Below, one piece after another: positions 22,462 to 36,171 of a stretch of DNA of 64,000 bases. Under the pieces are notes generated by a model, which worked only from the letters and a program-made list of their open reading frames with translations, did not search any database and was not told the DNA's origin. The translations under genes were made by a program, and so were the position numbers. Position 1 is the first letter of the stretch. Each line of letters begins with the position of its first letter. This DNA comes from Harriotta raleighana (lineage: Eukaryota), in assembly GCA_050575255.1 (NCBI GenBank), contig JBNZDD010013687.1:1276751-1340750 (forward strand). Reading direction: 5' to 3'.

Positions 22462-25400
22462 AAGGAAAACAATAATCCCACTTAATGTAGGTATCAAATT
22501 CAGTTGCTTTCTAGACAGACATTCCTCCAAGTGTTTGAAATGTGTTACTCCTTGATATTTGGGCCCAAAGATTTCAGTACCATTTATGCACCACATCTAC
22601 AAATAATTTATAAACAGAATTCCATTTCCTATTGAGTGTGCTATTAATAAGAATTATTCCTCTGCTTCTCACATGTCTCTCATTTGCTTTACCGTTTTAC
22701 CTCTAATGTTTTCCTCTGTTAATAATTACCTCTTTGACTGTACTTTCAGACTTCTTTTCTCTCCCCTACCCCTTCAACTCCCTCTCTTCAACTCAGGTGT
22801 CCAGCCAGCTGTGTCTAGTGCTTTGAATTATCCTCCGACGTGAATGATGCTATATAAATGTCAAATTAGATGTCATAGTCTTGTGAATGTCTTTATGCAT
22901 CAAGAAGATACAGCATGATAGAATTAAGTTGATTTACCCAAAGGTTACAAATAAGAAAACACAGCCAGTCAGTGAGCTGAGGCTTGTAAACTTACTTTAG
23001 GATTCAGGTGACATCATAAACAGTGCAGTTCTTACCGTTACTGATTATGTTATCCAAACCCTCCCATTGCAAGCTTGTAAGTTGCTGTCTGGTGCCTATC
23101 ATTCTCATTCCCATGTGTAATGGAAGTTCTTTCTATCCAATAACTAACCTTTTAGATAGATTGGCTGATAAAACTTGCAGAGGAATAGTGGTGAATGGAG
23201 CTTTAGTGATCAGAGTTTACTGTAAATGGGAACCACCTCTTTTTTATCTCAGCAGTACAGTACTGGCTGTACAATTTTATGACAATTGAAGGCCAATGAA
23301 TGAGTTAATTTCAGAAGATATGCAGCTGCTTTTAAAACTGTGGCCCTTCCCTTTCAGTCAGTAGTGTAACAATATATGCCTAAAAACTTGAGACAAGCCT
23401 TTATTCGCTAATCTTTGGTATTACTCATGCAATCTTTTTGATGTAAAATGCATGATATATTAGCAATCTCCAGCCAGACACCTGAAGGATTATTATCCAT
23501 GGAAAAGTATCATTTTAAAAGCATTAAAGGATCATCACTCTCTAATAAGGAAGCCTTTTAACCCCTCTGGAGCTTTAAGCAGTCAATTAAACAATAAAGG
23601 AGTAATTTGATCGTCAAAAGTATGCAGATTGTGTAGATTTTCCTACACGGGGCCTGGAATGTTACTGGGCTCTATGTTACGGTTATTTGCAGTCCGATAG
23701 AGAATATATCAATAAATAAATATTGACAAGATTATATCTGATCATATGGGAATTTAAAAAAATAAACTAATGATCACGGATGTCCTGAGCGCATATTGCA
23801 AAGATCCTTACACCAGAAACTCAGACATTGTGTAATCCTCCAATTCTCATTTTACACTATAATTAAAGCAAGCTGCAGGGCCCACCAAGAGCTAGAATTG
23901 TAATGTGAAACAAACATGAACTTTTCGAGATCAAAGGGGAACTGTACTACCAGATTAATGGCTCTTACCAAATGGGGCAGGGAAGTTCAAGAAACATGTG
24001 ATGGACACCACAAAGTTGGCAGAGCCAATAATCTTCTTAGCAGGAAATATAAAACACAAGGTTACACCGGAACACATACAACTCAAAGATTTCTTAAAAG
24101 AGGAGAATAAGTGCGGTCGTGTTTACCTACAGAAAACTTTACAGAGAAATCTTGCAAAGTTCTTTGAAATGGCTTCATGATGTGATAAAGGATTATACCA
24201 AATGCAATAATTCCATTCATATTCAACAGAGCTAGGGAAGTGGGGAGGGGGTGTGGGGTGGGGGAGTGGAGGGGTGGTGGGGGATTGGAACAGAGAGGCA
24301 AGGGAGAAGGGGAGAGAGGGGTGAGGGAGAAGGTAATACTAGAGTAGACTAGTTGGGCCACATGGTCCATTTTACTGTGCTGTACAGTCTTATGTAATTC
24401 TTCATAATGTCCAGGATGTTTTTGTGAATGCTGCCAAACAGTTTTATCTCCCTTTACATAATTAACTCTGCCATTCAGGCTTGCAGTCTCCACGGGTGCG
24501 TTGAGTTTTGCCGTATGGGTGCCAATCTTCTGTTATGACTACTGAGGTTCCCATTGCAGGATCACATGTTACAACAAAAAGGGTCACAGTGCAATTATAA
24601 GTAGCTGGCCTTATATCCACATCGCACGATAAAACATACTGCTCTAAACATATGTGTCCAGTGCACTCTCTTTTGCAGCGTCGGGGTCCATTTTATACAT
24701 TGCAGTTAACAAGGCAATTGGTATTCATAAATACATGTACCTGTTATAGCGCTTTATCAGAAAACAGTTAACAACAGTGGAGTTGAATACACAAGCAGGT
24801 TTTGCTGCAAAGAGAACGCAACAGATTAGATATACCACACGTTTGTATTCATTAGGACCCCATATTGACATTTATAAATCACCACTTACTTTACTCTGTG
24901 AATAAACGTTCCAGTGTTTCAATAATAAATCTTTGTGTTTGATAAATACACAACCACACAGAATAGTACTCAGGGCTAAACCTTGGAAATATCTTAAAGG
25001 CTCTTTGTCAAAACTGATAATTGTTGCAAGTTGCAATCATTAGTGCTTGGTGGAAAGTTCCTGCTATTCCAATTTCAATTAAATTGGAAAGTTTCTTTTT
25101 TAAGGCCCTCAGGTGTTTTTCCAGACTTGCTGATAACATGTACAGCCATAAAAATCCAACAATTAGGCATTGAGAGCAAATCTACCCCTGTCTATGGCAC
25201 CCTGGTAAGTGATGTCTTTTGTTTTCAGGCAGTGGTAAAAATAATCTGGGAAAAGTAAGCAAAGTAAGCAAAACAATGAAATCATCAACTCAAATTGGAA
25301 TGTTGTATGGTAAAATGAAACACTGGCAAAACTTAGAAAACTGACAAACTCTCCATTAATACTTGTGTGATGTTAGGATGTAAATGGGTATTCTGCAGAG

Positions 25401-26049
25401 TTCTGACGTGAACTCAATCTCTGTAGCATCACGCAGTAGCAATATGTCTTGTTCAAACTTTGCAAATCCATGCACACTTCGCAACTAATTCTGATGGGTG
25501 GGCGGTGACCCGAGTTATGGAAAACTGGAGAAACTGAGGGAGCATTTAGGAGGAGTGGGTGCAACAAATTGCTGGCAAAGAACATATCTCAGAACATCAA
25601 ACTAAATCACTGTTCAGAAGAAACATGAAAATGTGAGAAATTGCATCTGCTAGCAGTTAACTAAAGCTTTGCATGTTCACAAAATACTTGGGGAAAAGTA
25701 GCCAAAAAACTAAATTCAAGGGATTCCTAGGAATACTTACTGTTATTAGATGTAACTGACCTTCATTTTATATTAGCCATTGATGTAGTAATCTGATTTG
25801 CAGCTTCTTCTTAGATCCCCAGATATTTATTTTAGTCACATGTTTTCTGTGAGACACCTTATGAAGTGTTTTCTGAGAAGCAACATACGATTCACCATTG
25901 TATCATAACATACCATATCTGTGTTTGACAAATCCCAATACATGTTTTAGGCATAATCTGCCTTTTACAATCCCATCCTTCTTGGATTTATTGCATTTCT
26001 TCTCATCAGATGCTTTTAAGTTGCTTCCTTTATGAGAGTCCAGTATATT

Positions 26050-26290
26050 CCACACTGTATTTGTCAGGCTAACAGGCCTACAATTCCCAGTTCATGGTTG
26101 GAACCTTTCTGAAAGATTAGAATTACATTAGCTATCTTGCAATCTTTGGGAACCACCCTCGTGTCCAATAAGCTTCAGAATGTTTCCATCAGGGCACCCT
26201 CCATTCCTATTCATTTCTTTTAGTACTCTCAGATGCATTCTCTCTCAGTCAGGTGCTTTATGAGCCTTTAAATACTTCAGAGTCTTAATG
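26050..26290 (-). mobile_element. CR1 reverse transcriptase N-terminal relic
   Basis: The reverse strand reads HKAPD..MHLRVLKE...SLLDTRVVPKDCKIANVILIFQKGS...GNCRPVSLTN, a decayed form of KAPGPDGxHPRVLKE...WKxANVxPIFKKG...NYRPVSLT. Confidence 0.75.
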
Positions 26291-26971
26291 ATAATTTGAT
26301 TATTGACCCCTATTTTCTGAATAAATTCACATTTATCCAGTATCTTTGAAACTGTGGCTGAAATGACAAAATTTCACTTTGAAATTGTCTGGCTCTACAG
26401 ATCTGATTGTAAATCTGAAAATTCTTCAATGCAGTTAACCTACCTCAGCAGAACCATAAAAATGCTTCATTTTGTTCATCAGTCAAACAAAAAGAATTAT
26501 TCCACTTTATGCACCACATTATGTTGTGTGTAGTTTTACAAAACAGCTTTCATTTGAGTAAAGAGCAACATTAGCTGTGTAATATTTCTATAATTTCAAA
26601 TCACATCTATTAAAAATTCTTAAGGTTGGTTAATATAGTACAATGCATATAGCCCAAACCCCTCACAGATACTTGCTTGATGGGTTCTGGACATGGTGCA
26701 TAGAAATTATTTGACATTCATGAGATAAAAATGTGACCTGAGTAGCTTTCACCATCGGTAGCAGTCAGTGACAGTGAGGGGTAGGTACAACTCTGACCAA
26801 TCCCTTATGAGGGCTACCTTTAACCTTTCAGAAGCATTAACAGTACAGGAAAATCCACCCTATGTCTTTCAAAGGCTTAGAAATATATATCATCCAAACA
26901 AAGGAGAAGATTTGAATCCCGCTGTTTCAACCCGGCCAAATACCCATTCAAGATTAAATTGTTCTCTACTT

Positions 26972-27278
26972 TAATAATAATAATGAATAGTAATCCTTGC
27001 AAATGATATAGCACCTGATCATGATTTCCAGAGGTTTCAAAGTGCTTCATAGAATATTGTAAGGTGAATTGACTGTATCTATCTGGGCGAAATGCGTCAG
27101 GCAGTCAATTCCGCATAGCAGTGTCCCACAAACAGTCATGGATTGAAATGACCAATGTATTGTTTTTAGGGATTATTATTAGGTGTGTGGAGTAAGGAAA
27201 GTTACCAAGGTTTTACCCTGCCTAGAATCGAACCCAGGACTCTCGCTTGTTAGGCGAGTGCTCTAACCACTCAGCTAC
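26972..27278 (-). mobile_element. Full-length tRNA-derived SINE, short variant
   Basis: The reverse complement begins gtagctgagtggttagagcactcgcctaacaagcgagagtcctgggttcgattctagg (A and B boxes) and ends tgcaaggattact(att)n. Confidence 0.92.
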
Positions 27279-27479
27279 TGCCTTCTATCAGCTGATCAGG
27301 TCTTGCCTTTACAATAACTTATTAAGCGATATGAACTGGTGGTGAAAGAGTTAGGAATATTTATAATGTTACGAGGACTACCCTTCTCTTTATCGTTTAT
27401 GATTGATGAACAGGACATCCCACAAACCAGTTACTACCTAACCAGACAGACATTTCTCAATGTCTTTTGCTTCCTATTG

Positions 27480-27835
27480 CCAAATTGATTTTTCAATCCA
27501 GCTTGCTAACTAGCCATACACCTTAGTCTTCTTAAAATTCTACATAAGTCATGTTTGAACAAATGCCTTCTGAAATTCAAGTCCATTATATTAGGTGAAA
27601 AGCCATCAGCCGCTAATTTAGTTATCTCCAAATAATTCCAGTAGATTTGTGAGGTGTAATCTATTATTTCTGAAACCATGCCTAACAGCTCCTATGGCCT
27701 CTGTGCACTTAGATGAGCATTGATGGCATCATGTAAAATCCTATAATCATTCACCCACTCATCCACTCCACCCCCAGACATACCAACCAGTTTATAAATC
27801 CTCGAGTCTTTCTAGCCCATTTTTGAATAGCTTAA
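27480..27835 (-). mobile_element. CR1 reverse transcriptase relic
   Basis: The reverse strand gives RHGFRNNRLHLTNLLELF...MDLNFRRHLF, a decayed QHGFxxxRSCLTNLLEFF...YLDFQKAFD. Confidence 0.65.
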
Positions 27836-28779
27836 CTATTTAAAATATTAACTAAAGCTTAACTTTCCTACTGAACTTCCCCACCACAGTGTTACCTGAA
27901 CTCATCTGGATTGCATGTTATACAATGCCTGCTACACATTAGTTTCTATGTTGTTAGCATTGACTGCACAATCAATACACAAGCCCTCTGGATAGGACAG
28001 CTTCATGAACATCATAGTAAAGCTATCCAGTAAATGTGAGCAAAGATGCGCATTTGCATGTAATGAAGTCATATCCAGGACTTCTAACTCAAGACTATGG
28101 AAAGGAAGATTCATATATTAAGTACTAACGTGTTGAATTAACTTAATGATCTCTTTAATAGTATAAGTAAACTATAGTCCGAAATGCTATAAAAGCCCAT
28201 TGGGTTTGTTTTATTGTTCAGGTCAATGTAAAGTCCTGAATTACACAAGTTACATCTCTCTTGTGCCCCAGTATATATGCACATTTCTTGTTGAATCAGT
28301 TTATTTTGAGCGACTTAACTGAGTTCACATTCCCTGTGCTTGGTAGGGCTCAATTTCACAAATTAATCCATGAAGTAATTACTCCTGGCATTCTGTTTAG
28401 CCTTTGGCTTACTCAGTTTATAATAATTTCTCATACTTCTCTTCTGCATCTTCGAAAAAAGAATTACACATTCACCCCCAATCCCTTCAGGATCTGAAAT
28501 CTTGGGATCAAATTCCTTTCCTTCATCCACACCCAAACAGATTTAGGTCACTTAAACTCACTTTGGGTCACATTAATTTTGGTTCTCATATCTATAGTTA
28601 GTACATGTCTTTGAACCCTAACCCATAGCTCTGGAACCTTTTTCTAGGTATAATTACTGATATCAACACATTATCCTAAGTACTAATGCTTTGTAAATTT
28701 AAAGTATAACTTCCCCGGAATTGTACTTAATTAATCACTTATACATGCTTCTGTTTTGTTTTCCATAGCAATGACTGCC

Positions 28780-29310
28780 TCACAATGAGACAAGAACCTT
28801 TATATTCAATCATACAACGTACCTAACCCCTTCTATGGTGTATTCTTCGTTGTGTAATCAGGGTTTCTATTTTTAGCTCTAAACGCATTAATTTTCATGC
28901 CTCAATATTAATTACCATTTTCCAGGCTTTTGTTTCATCTCTAAATGACTATAGATCCCTTGAAATGATACCCACCATCTCAGAACATCCTGCTGCCTGT
29001 GAGCCATTTAACTTTTGTATCATCCAAAAAACTCCAGCCATTCTGCTCCTCGTACCTTCCTGAAACTCAGTAATTAATATTATAAACAATAGGGAACTCA
29101 GGACTGATCTGTGGGAGCTGCCACTGGTCACAGCTGTTCAATTAGAAAAATCACTATCAATAACTTCTCTGTGTCTCATTTTACTCTAGCCTATTAATAA
29201 TCCAATTCACACCTTTATCACAGATCTCATTATGTTTCACTTTAGCTGGAATCTCCTGCGAGCCATCTTATCAAATACTTTATGAAGCCAATACTTGCAC
29301 AATATTATAC
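28780..29310 (-). mobile_element. CR1 reverse transcriptase core relic
   Basis: The ORF 28949-29131 TSGSSHRSVLSSLLFIILI resembles TSGVPQGSVLGPLLFxIFI. A degenerate DDTK codon run and a KVFDK-like motif flank it. Confidence 0.7.
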
Positions 29311-31149
29311 TCTCATCAAATATTATCATTATTATTATCAACTAATTGTACTTACATCTGCAATGTACTCCCTGTTTATTGGGAATAATCTGTCGTTCTT
29401 AAATCTTTTTTGACTTTAATCTATTATTTTTCTCATCACCAGTTGTTCTTGAATTGCTTCTGCTTTAAGTCATGATTTGCTTAACAGTTTGGAGCATAAC
29501 TGAAGTTACCATAGCTGAATATTGTCCAGAGGCCACGAAGTAAGAATACCTCCCCTGTTATTATAGTGTCCTGGAGAAAAAAGTTCACTTCGACTCTTCT
29601 ACATTGAACACCCTGGAGTGGGAGGGTGAAGGGGCAAGAGCAGAAAGCATCAATAAGATATACAACATCAACTTGTTTGTGATCTTTGCCTTCATTTTTC
29701 AGGTGCTTTTGGTTTATCTTTTGAGCAGTAACGATCCTGGGAGTGGAAAGGTGGGCATGGTGAAATTTGTCAGCCAATTGTCAAGTTATTTCCCTACCTA
29801 CCTCATTCCCATGTTGAAGCAGACAACTAACTAGCTGAAGACTTTATGCACCACTTGCTTTCTGACCTTTCTATGACTGGGTCATTAACAACTACAGGAC
29901 CATGTCAATAATGTACTTCATTACGCTCTTACCCAAGTAAACGAACACCGGCTTGGGAGGAGAGCACCAACAGGTCAATGCAATATTTACCACCCATACA
30001 ACCTGAAAGGAGGTCAGAAAACATTCTCATGAAATTAAGAGAACAAAACAAAACCTGACCTTCAATTGCCAGGCGAGGAAAACCACGGGAGGTGGGCCTC
30101 AGGAATTCAGTTTTGACAGAAACAGTGGCGAAACTTTTCAGAAAGGCTGACTTAAGGTCAAACAAGACAAATCCACGAGTAAATTCCATGAGTGTGTTTC
30201 CTTCTTTGTGATGATGTCTATCACACCCTAGCAGCTATGAAGTTTTGTTTACAGCGGGTTCTAAGTTGCGAGGTTTCTGGAAGTGCTTTGTTAATGCCGA
30301 AAACCTAAATGTGATTGTAGCCGGTTTCCTGGAACTTGACTCGGACATCAAGTGGACTGTAATGTCAAAGTGATGGTTACTAACAAGATATCTTATGGAT
30401 ATCTTGGCCACATCACACATACTATTATGGCTACGAAGGATGGAAAAATCTGCAACCAAGATACAGTAAATACCTCCATGCCTGACATCCATAACACGTG
30501 AAAACAACAATTAATCAAATTGCTTGTGCACAAGTCCCACCATTGAGGCAATATAAAATAAGAAAGTGGTTTCAATGAAATCCTCGGTAACCCGGGGGCT
30601 GAGGAACATGTGGCAGCACTTGAAAGTTCTGCCCTGTATTCTCTCTAGGTATGGTTGTAGCCTGAGATTCTTATAAGCTTGTCAACTCCTGTTTTTGTGA
30701 TCCTCGCTTGAAAGGAAGATGGCAGCAAAAACAGAAGCAAATGCCACGCTGCTGCCCTCATTGTGAAGTATTTATTCTGTTACTGCCAGTCACCTCCAAG
30801 CAGGAGGTACAGACCGCAGGCCCCCTTAATTGGAAATTGCAAAGCGGTTTGATTTAATTCAGTTCTCTCAACGGCTAAATGGCCTTGATTGCTGTTCTCC
30901 CGACAGATTTGGAAATCTGTTTTCAGGATCATAAAACCAATGCTGGAAACCTGGAACCATCATCCATAACTGTTTTATGGCACATTGCACTGTGGTTTCT
31001 CAGTGTTAGGCTGCCAGAAACGCTGCTGAAATTTGAAACTCCCCTCTAAGTACCTCCAGACTTGACGGGGGGAAAAAAATTTGCTCCACGAGAACTAACA
31101 GTGGAAAAATTAGTACTAATTAGTGGATCTTCAAAAAATCACCAGTAAA

Positions 31150-31345
31150 ACTCTCCAGTGATCTGAGCCGGGTAGAATGTGAAACAGTATAATTGGCTAC
31201 AGCGCCCCTGGGCTAGGGCCTTGGAAAACCAGCCGGAGCTGCTGCTCCTGATTGCTTTCTCATGACCCCTGATAGGAAAGTGTGCGTTTGTGGATGTTGT
31301 GTGAGGTTCAGATGATAAAGTTCAGATTTGATGCCCTCTATCTCG
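31150..31345 (+). mobile_element. Ancient SINE body fragment (LF-SINE/AmnSINE2-like, tentative)
   Basis: aattggctacagcgcccctgggctaggg...ctgctcctgattgctttctcatgacccctgataggaaagtgtgcgtttgtggatgttgtgtgagg resembles an old shark SINE I recall. The partner fragment is at 1381-1511. Confidence 0.5.
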
Positions 31346-31683
31346 GTTGTGCAAGATAAGGGAGTACTTCTGATACCTATGAAATGTGTGACAGCCCAAC
31401 AATCCCTACAGCAGAGTAAAGCAACTATTTTATGGGTGTGAATGTATCTGTGTGGTAAATAATTAGTTTGGGTGGTTCATGTGTTGTGGAATATGATGTA
31501 TCAACATATTTCTAAGGCAGTGATATTTAAATAAACTTACCTAAATAATTTTAGTTAATAATTAATCAGTTATGTGTAAGGGAACTAAGAATGTAAAAAC
31601 AAAGCTTGTTTGTTTTAATGTCTGTATAGAACTTTGTGTGAGCACTGCTATGTCAAGATTCACCAGTTTTGTTTTATTGATTG

Positions 31684-31788
31684 ACGTTTGCCTACAAAAT
31701 ACATAGTCAATACACTTTACAGTATAATCCTGTTCTCTGACATGAAAGGTGCTATATAAAATGAAAGGATTATTGTTTTTTATTATTG
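31684..31788 (+). mobile_element. SINE tail fragment
   Basis: gtttgcctacaaaatacatagtcaatacactttacagtata...catgaaaggtgctatataaaatgaaaggattatt. Confidence 0.65.
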
Positions 31789-32761
31789 TAAAATTAATAA
31801 ATTATCTGATAAATTTCAAATTAACATTTATCAGCAGAAGAATCGTTTCACTTTGAACCACATCTAGGCACGTAATGTCACCTTAACATTCTAAAGCTGT
31901 ACATTTTAAACTTTGCATTAGATTATTTAAAAAATCTAGATGAAAATGCCAAATTGTCAACACTTTTCCATTTATAAGCGCATGCTGCAAAGTTCAATCA
32001 GTTTCCAATATGAAGAAAACTTGCACCTTAACGCCTACTTATCTAAAGCCTCAAAACAGCAGTGTTTTCGTGGAACTTAAGTTACAAAAAATTCTTTAAA
32101 ATATGTATGGAAGGGCTTCAGGTTTTGAAGAGGCTTCATGTCACAGACAGCTGCAGTAATTACCTTTCATAGCTAGATGGCTTAAGTGCTATTATCCTTT
32201 TGTCTTCCTGAGTTCAGTGCAGATAATGGGGACCTCTGGTGTTTGAGCACCAGCTTAAGTATATGGAAATTTAGACAGCAAGCATTTGTGGCTGGAAGGT
32301 TGGTTTTCAACTTGTACGTACATATATGGAGCAGTTTTCCTCATAGTCGATATAACTTGCAGGTTACAGCAGTTTCTGTAGTTATTAATACCTATGGTTC
32401 AATGTAATTTGTCTTTTTTGTTTTAAGATCCTTTCATACCACAGGCAGAGAGAGAGCTGACATTTTCAGTATTGAAGTGGTGGTAACGTATATTGGGCAG
32501 GACATCTGGAGCCTAATTTGCACTGTTCAATTTGAAATTGATTCAATAATTCCCACAAATGCACAGACCGCGTCAGTGATATTCTGATGTCAGGGCACTG
32601 AAGCACACGTACACGTTGCCGATGGGAGACGAACGAAGCCTTGCACCAATGTTGGGCATGTTGCAATTTTGGCACAGCCAGTCACATCAACTGGAGGTGA
32701 TTTGTGCAGCAGAATTCAACAATGACTTAACAGAAGTTATCGATTGCATTGCCTCGACAAG

Positions 32762-32877
32762 TGCCCACAAAGTCAATCCACTTTACGATATATTCTGTGA
32801 AGCGCTTTGCGATGTCTCAATACCATGATAATGCCCTATTTCAGATGCAAGGATTATTATTACTATGATTATTATTA
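32762..32877 (+). mobile_element. SINE tail fragment
   Basis: gcccacaaagtcaatccactttacgatatattctgtgaagcgctttgcgatgtc...tcagatgcaaggattattatt. Confidence 0.75.
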
Positions 32878-33064
32878 GAAGCATAGTATACACTGGACTT
32901 TAGTTTGTGTACAGATGTATTTCATATTTAAGAGGGAATATAGGCTAGTTAGAGCCAGGGCCCACCTTTGTCAGACAGAACTGGTCTTGATTTTATTTAA
33001 ACAGGAATACCTCAGACTATGCACTTGCATCCTAGTTTAAATTGAGAAAATCAGTTAATTTGAT

Positions 33065-33415
33065 CTGAAATGTCAAACTATGGTTGGATGAAATGGCCTT
33101 TGAGTCCATTTGATCACACCCTTCCAGAACACCCATCATCCCATTTCTTAATTGACTACATGGTCTTAACCAACCTTCCTGATACATGTTCCATTGGTTA
33201 ATTATCTCTCCACACAAAGAAAAACTTCCAGATGATGGTAATGAATTTGCCTTTCACAATCCTGAACCTGTGCCTTCTGGTTTCAGTACCTTGGCATATC
33301 AGAAAATATTGTTCAGGTTTTACTTGCTCAATTGCATTCAGCATCTTACATACCTCTGTAAGGTGCTCAGTGAGACATCTCTTTTTGAGGCTGAGCAGAA
33401 TCAGGGTTCGGGGCT
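33065..33415 (-). mobile_element. CR1 LINE 3' end (ORF2 C-terminus)
   Basis: The ORF 33198-33419 LSLKKRCLTEHLTEVCKMLNAIEQVKPEQYF...TRRHRFRIVKGKF...KFFF matches the CR1 motif FSLEKRRLRGDLIEVYKI...TRGH...FFTQRV. Confidence 0.85.
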
Positions 33416-35045
33416 GCATTAGCAGAGATTCTCATACCCACTTGAGGTTCATTCGAAGTGTTTCACAAAGAAAGAGTTAAGAGAAAGTGTTAATATCTAG
33501 TTGAGTAGATTTAGTAATCGGTCAAAATAATTCCGAAGCGGGACTGCTAGTTGGGGTGTGATGAAATTAATATTCCAAGTACTCTGGACCGCAATCCTGC
33601 GTGAGATGCGCTATATAAATGCAAGTTGTTGTTGTTGTCTGGAGTGCTTCACTTAACATGACTGTAGTCCTAGACTTACCTGGTACTCAGATGTATGTGC
33701 TGATACTAGTTGAGCTTCATTGCTGGATCTTTATCACCCTGAAGCTTCTCTCTGAGAGGGGGAAATAAATTACTCACAGCATCATTGCTATTTACTTTGT
33801 TTGGTTCAATCTCTGTTTGTCTTAATATTCCCTTATTTCATTCACCTCTTCCCATGTCCCAGTATCCCTTGTAAAGTACAATGGCACGAGTTCTGCTTCA
33901 CTATATCCTTCATTCACTGCTAACGTTAATCAAACAGGTTCTGGTTGACGATAAATTAAGTGTTTGGCATTAACTCAGTGTGTGGTTAGAGCTATTCTGA
34001 AAGAATGTGCTTAACAACTTCACATTTTAAGTAAATTATTTAAATTGTATCACCATGAACTTAACATTTTTGGTGGCATTTTAACTTCCAGAGATGTAAT
34101 TTAACAGCATTAATGCCAAATTAGTAGCTACATCAAAAATACTCCTAATGAAAATGTGGATGGTTTATGACCCCCCAGAGCAATGATAGACACCCTTGCC
34201 CCGAGGCCTGGCTATGGATGGAGACACTAGATGGATATGATCTGTCTCGCTCATTATCCTTTAGACTGTAAACCGCTGCCTCCAGTGCTTCTCATCCTCA
34301 TCCCTAAGGTCTGAGAAAAGGGATGCTCAGTAGGGTAAGCCCAATTAGAGCAGAAAAATATACAACCATTGGATAACTTCATCTTGTGTTTAATGATGAC
34401 ATTTATGTATTCACTTGATTACGGGCAATACTGTTTGAATGGAATATTATGATGTGGGATGTGTCTGTGTGTGAAATTCTTTACCTCACAATAAATATTG
34501 CTTGAATGAAAGGAGAGGACTTGCAATAAAAGCTCTATAATGTGGACATATTGTAGGAATGTATCACTTGTGTTATACCAAAGCTTTCACTATGGTATAT
34601 ACACACACATACAAGAATCATTAATATTTCAACACACATATTTTAGCATGGATCAAGAAGCTTAGTTTTTGCTAAGTCTCTTTTACAATCTGCCCACTAT
34701 TGTAAATACCATTGAATGTAAAATATGGGCAAGGCTGAGCTTTAACTTTGGGAACAGGTACTTAACTTTAACAAATGGAAAAAAAAACAAGAGCCTAAAA
34801 GTCTTTGGACTTGAATGTTTCGCTTGTGTTGTATAGGCAGGTGTTGAAGTATCCATGGAATACAAGTGGGAAGCTCAAGGGTAAATTTTTAGCAGCTGAG
34901 CAAGGAGGAGAGGGGAATAAGGAAGATATTGCAGTGTCAAGCTCAGAGCATTCATGCACCTGGTGTTTAATTTAAAAGGAGAATGACTTCTAATAACCAT
35001 GTCTTTATTCCAGCTAAAAGCCAATATAAATATTGGCCCATGTTG

Positions 35046-35422
35046 GCTGACATTACAGTGCAACGCTGAAGGGAGTGATGCTCTATCGTCAGGGGTGTCC
35101 TCCTTCAGATGAAATGTTAAACAGAGTTTCTGTTTGTCTATTCAGGTGGATGTTAAACATCCCATGTCACGATGCACAAATAGAAAGATATTGCTCCTGG
35201 TGTCCTGGCCAACAATACCACAGACAACATTTACCATTCGCTTCATGGCTGTTCGCGGGACATTGCTCTGTGCAAATTTGTTCAAATTTGTTACTCTGTG
35301 CTGCGTTTGCCTGCAAATACACAGTCACTACACTTTACAGTTCATCTTGTGAAACATTTTTAGACATTTTGATGACACGATGAGCCACTATATCAAGTAC
35401 TTGGATACTAATTATTATTATT
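35046..35422 (+). mobile_element. Deu-domain SINE lacking its head
   Basis: ctgacattacagtgcaacgctgaagggagtgatgc...cttcagatgaaatgttaaac...ttcaggtggatgttaaacatcccatg...ctcctggtgtcctggccaaca, followed by a tail ending in (ATT)n. Confidence 0.8.
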
Positions 35423-36171
35423 AATAACTTGTCAGAGCATGGATTCGTTCACATTAAAATGCAATCTAACCTGAAGACCGTATCAGCTAAATTGAACATG
35501 CTAAGACCGAGGAGTACTCCTTGCTGGAATGCAGTACCCCTGAGTCTTGTGGAAACCTTCGGTGGTTCTCCCACTAATTTTGTTTTGTACACGTTGAACC
35601 TGACCTTTGCTGGCATCGAAACCCTGTAATCAATGATGTAGGAGGCTTTAAAACTTCTGTCACAGCAGCACACATTATTCAGAGGCTGTAGTTTACAGCG
35701 TAAACCATACGGTAGAACACTAGCACAATGGCCTGATTATGCTCTTGTGTAACTTTAGAGTGTTATGAATCACCTGTAATTGACGTTCTGCTAATCAGTA
35801 TGAGAATTATAGGTTTCCTGAAATGCTCATGAGCAAAGTCAACGTGAACAATGTACTGTATTCCTTTTGATGATGGCCTTTATTGTTTGGGCTGCTTGAG
35901 GTGTTTCAGTTGCAGTTGTGTTGAGCTTCTGTGAAGCTTTCCATAGCCTGTCAGTCGGATAGAGTGCGGCCACCTCATCACATGTGTCAGGGCAGGTAAT
36001 GATGTTTACTCGGCTCAGGTGCAACATTTTTGGGGGAGTTTGCGCTGTTGTAGAGGTAGATACGGAAATTGTCTTGAAATCAGGTTGCCCACTGAAAATA
36101 TACATATCCTTTCTTCTCTTTGTAACCCAACATGTTTTCCTAAGTATGCTCTTCCTAGCTTTTCCTATTAG

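Noticed and set aside
26050-29310. Three minus-strand CR1 RT fragments as one interrupted element or gene
   Set aside because: Their order is opposite to that expected for a single minus-strand ORF2, with N-terminal motifs at the lowest coordinates. The pieces overlap in motif content and are full of stops and frameshifts.
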